Assembly: GCA_012295275.1 (NCBI GenBank)
Contig: CM022669.1
Coordinates: 14,818,001-14,882,000 of the forward strand
Length of the DNA stretch: 64,000 nt
Direction: 5' to 3'
From: Chrysomallon squamiferum
Taxonomy: Eukaryota > Animalia > Mollusca
Shown piece after piece: positions 13,849-64,000 of the stretch. How positions within the stretch are numbered: the first letter of the stretch is position 1; each line of letters begins with the position of its first letter. A model generated the notes under the pieces. It was not told where the DNA came from and did not search any database. It saw only the letters and a program-made list of their open reading frames with translations. The position numbers and the translations under genes are program-made.

Positions 13849-15310
13849 AATGTATGTATGTCTATGTGTACGACTTTGTTTGTGTACGTATTTCTGCTTT
13901 ACGTATTCGTAATGTCCGTGGGCGTGCTCTAATTATGTTTGTGTGTGTGTGAGGGTCTCTGTGTGGAACGGCGGGTGTTTCAGTTTGTCTGCATATAGTT
14001 GTATGTATGAGAGCTTTCCGAGACAAGACACAAAACGCTTGACTTGAACAAACAGCTCAAGGAATAGAGCTACCATGTGGACAGGTAGCCCTAATTCTTT
14101 ATACGCAGTGCATTAAAAACGAAAAAAACCAACTGGTAGTGTCTTATGATAATTATTCAGATTTCGAAATATTTAAATTTCCATATATTCTGAAATTAAT
14201 GAATTTAAAAAAAAAAAAAACTCTTGTTTTATATTAATATTTTAATAAGTGTATTCAGAAAAATTACCTAACTCCATAATTGAAGAAATCCAAACCACAG
14301 TTGTATTGGAGGTATAAATTTTTAGTCGTTGTAAAGCAAAAAAAATGTAAGAAGAAAACAACAAAAAACAACACAGAGAAAAAAAATCTATGAACAACAA
14401 AATAGGAACACAGTGACAAATACTGATTTCGATTCAGTGCATAAATAACACTTTACGTCTGACAAAAATTATAGACTCAAATATCCAAAAAAAAAAGTGC
14501 CTACGTTAAGCCTAATGTTAAAAATAAATCTTGTAATATCATGTGTGCAAAATAATTTTACTTGTTCACTATTCTTGTTTATATTTAGTGTTCCGATAAT
14601 TACATTTAAATTTCTTGTTTAAATATCCTGACGTCATTTAATGAATCTCTTAACAGTACATTCATTGGAACGATTATATCCCCCTTTTCTGAACAATGTG
14701 TCCGCTCCTTATTCCCTGTTAGGAAACTGTCTGCCTGCCTGCCTGATATTAAAATAGTAATAAAAATTAAAAATATATTTTTAGCACTAAAAAAAACAAA
14801 ATAAAACAAAATAAAGAAAATTAATAGCAATTTAAAATCAGTGATAATTTAAAATGCCAAGTGTGAAATAATAATAATGTTTTTTTTTTAAATCCTAAAA
14901 TATTTATGAGTAAATTAAAACATAGCGAATAACCATAAACCCCGGGTCTATTTTCGGTTGTTGTTTTTTTTTCTTCGTTTTTTTAAAAATAATATTCGTT
15001 CCATTACAAAAAATTAATCGAAACATTTAATTATATTAGATGTTAGAAAAAAAAAAAAAAAATGAATAGAACGTTAAAAGCATAAAAGATAATAACAGAT
15101 TTAAGCCTGGCATTTATTTTGGAACATACAATTAACAGAACCTGCCACATAAACAAAAAAAAAACAACAACAAAAAACAAACAAACAAAAAAACACACCA
15201 AAGAAGCAAACAAAAAAAAAAAAAAAAGACGCAAATTATTACCATTATACATACATATTCATAAATGTTAAAACTTTTACATTGTTAATTTTGGTCTCCA
15301 TGTTTTCCAG

Positions 15311-61913
<46,603 letters not shown>

Positions 61914-62070
61914 TAGTCGCCCACGCCTAGTCCTTGTAGCATTCAGTATAATAAACCTGCAGCAGCTTTATCAGTTACTCACTCACACAGTACCCTCAGC
62001 AGTCTGGAGATACACAGACTTCTCACAAACTAAAACCACGTAATTAAAAAAAAAAGAAAAAGAAAAGTGA

Positions 62071-62390
62071 ACTGTGCCTGTACATTGGGTGAATTGGTCA
62101 CCATGACTATAAACTGGGTGATTTGGTCACTGTGGTTATGTATCGGATGAAATGGTCACTTTGGTTATATTTTGGGTGAGTTACTCACAGTGGCTATATA
62201 TATATATATTGGATGAATTAATATGACTGTGTATCAGCTATATACTGGGGTGAATTTGTTACTGTGGCTATATATTGGATGAATTGGTCAGTGTGGCTAT
62301 AAACTGGGTGAACTGGTCACTGTGGCTATGTATATATAGGGTGAAATAGTCACAATGGCTATGAACTGGGTAAAATGGTTTTTGAGGCTA
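62071..62390. repeat. 29-bp tandem repeat just downstream of the stop (actgtggctataaactgggtgaattggtc), about 10 copies
   Basis: Directly visible; some units carry TA expansions. Confidence 0.92.
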
Positions 62391-63059
62391 TAAGTCGATG
62401 AACTGGAACATAGTGACCTTTCTCAGTGAAGCATACTTCATTACATGTCTTTTCAAAGTTGATGGTTTAAAAAGAAATGTTAATAACAATAAAAATAGTA
62501 AAAAATAATAATTATAATAATAATAATAACTGCAACCTGAAATACATATAAGAGAGATAGACCTTATATGTCCCCAGTAAAATGGCATTTCTGAAATGTA
62601 GGTGTCAGGAGAGTGTGTGGTTTGTGAATGAACTTAATGGAAATTCAGTTGTGACTGGAAATAATGGCAGATCATTTGAGTGTGGAAATGATGGTAAATC
62701 ATTTGTCAGAGGGGAAACAGTTGGCAAATTATTTGTTAATGAAAATGATGACATTTTGTTCTCCTGACTGAAATTCAAATGAATGCCGTAGTTTCAGTCA
62801 TACAGGTGAAATGTGCTTATTGATGTAGATGCAAAAACAAAAGTCGATACAGTCGACTCTAAAAGAATTCAGAGCATGCTGCTAGTTTCAGAGCAAGAGT
62901 CTTTAATACCATGTCACAGGGAAGGAATTTTAATTTCATTTATTTTCACTCTTTATTATTACCGATTGTTTTGTTTTTCACTTTTGTTTTACATTTTGTT
63001 ATCTGTATTTTTTTGATACCCTTGTTTGTCATAATAATACACATTGCTTTAAATTTCTA

Positions 63060-63090
63060 AATAAATAAATGATATTGTTTGTCTTAATGT
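63060..63090 (+). terminator. Candidate polyadenylation signal(s)
   Basis: Overlapping AATAAA at 63060 and 63064 followed by GT-rich sequence; other AATAAA hexamers at 61950 and 62488 are alternatives. Confidence 0.4.
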
Positions 63091-63311
63091 GTAGAAAATG
63101 AACACACTGTTTTTTTGCTTTCAAGAGATGATGACCAGATTTCATTGAAATATATCAGCTATTGGTTATTTTGATGAAAAGACTATATATGTGGTTAAAA
63201 TAATGGCCTGAGATGAGAGGGGTCAAAGGATCAATACTTGACAATAGACCCTCTGAGTTATTTCATACTTGGCTGTGTCCTGTTATCAACCTGATAATTG
63301 TTTAAAAAGGA

Positions 63312-63560
63312 TAGTAAGTTCAATCATCCTTGATGATTCTTTTATGTTATTTCAGGTTTCAGCCATTTACTAAAGGTTGTGGTGTGTGTTTTCAAAACAA
63401 CATTAGGTCAGATGCTCTTTGGTGATTCCCTTGTGTTATTTCAGGGTTCAGCCTGTTATCCAAAAGCATGGATATGTGTTTTTGAAACAACAATAAGTCC
63501 AATCCACCTTGACAGGCATGTTTCAGGTTTCAGCCATTTATTAAACTGCATGGTATGTGC
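63312..63560. repeat. 82-89-bp tandem triplication containing tttcagg(t/g)ttcagcc
   Basis: tttcAG ends at 63355, 63444 and 63526 with shared flanks. Confidence 0.85.
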
Positions 63561-64000
63561 TGTGCTGTCTCTGTTAAGAAGTACATACGAGATCTTTGCT
63601 GCTGATAGCAATGATTAATACAGATTTCTTTTTAAAACTTCATGTCAGGAATATTGTCTGACATTTGAAAGCCAATGACAGAAAATAAAAATAAAATACT
63701 ATTTGTGTTCAAACTGTCCTCAAAATAAACTGTAACTTTGACTGCGGCTGGCTCATTTACAGCGTCAGATACATAGGACTGATGTTATTGTTGTTTTCCA
63801 GTCCAAGGATGATAATATATTCCAGTAATCACGGCACATGCTAGCCAATTATCACAGTGTCCAGTCCACTGGTAGATTAGATGAGAAGTAATTAAAACCA
63901 AACACACTGGAACTGATAAATGGGAAATACGATGCCAGGAGTTAAATCAGGCTTGGTATGAAGTTCCTAGTCAAACTGTTTGCCTTAGACAGGCTCTGAA

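Overview
AT-rich, microsatellite-laden eukaryotic (animal, probably gastropod mollusc; inferred) genomic DNA. Almost all ORFs in the supplied track are simple-repeat artefacts. The real content is one large spliced + strand gene. Fourteen coding exons (15311-61913, 2991 nt including the stop, 996 aa, N-terminus not resolved) join in frame. They encode TSR1 - ADAMTS Cys-rich - spacer - a ~300-aa basic R/Q/S-rich linker - six TSRs - PLAC, with no metalloprotease domain. This is an ADAMTS-like protein of the THSD4 (ADAMTSL6)/ADAMTSL4 group. Most notable: (1) a probable internal promoter and alternative signal-peptide first exon (MKSSVVLIIVLVCL|GTAAGT, 37506-37547) inside the 26.3-kb intron, giving a short secreted isoform; (2) repeated local tandem duplications that end at, or include, 3' splice sites, leaving decayed acceptor plus exon-start 'echoes' upstream of at least four exons; (3) a GC-AG intron; (4) several minisatellites, a duplicated ~270-bp element with forkhead-motif arrays, and old SINE-like remnants.
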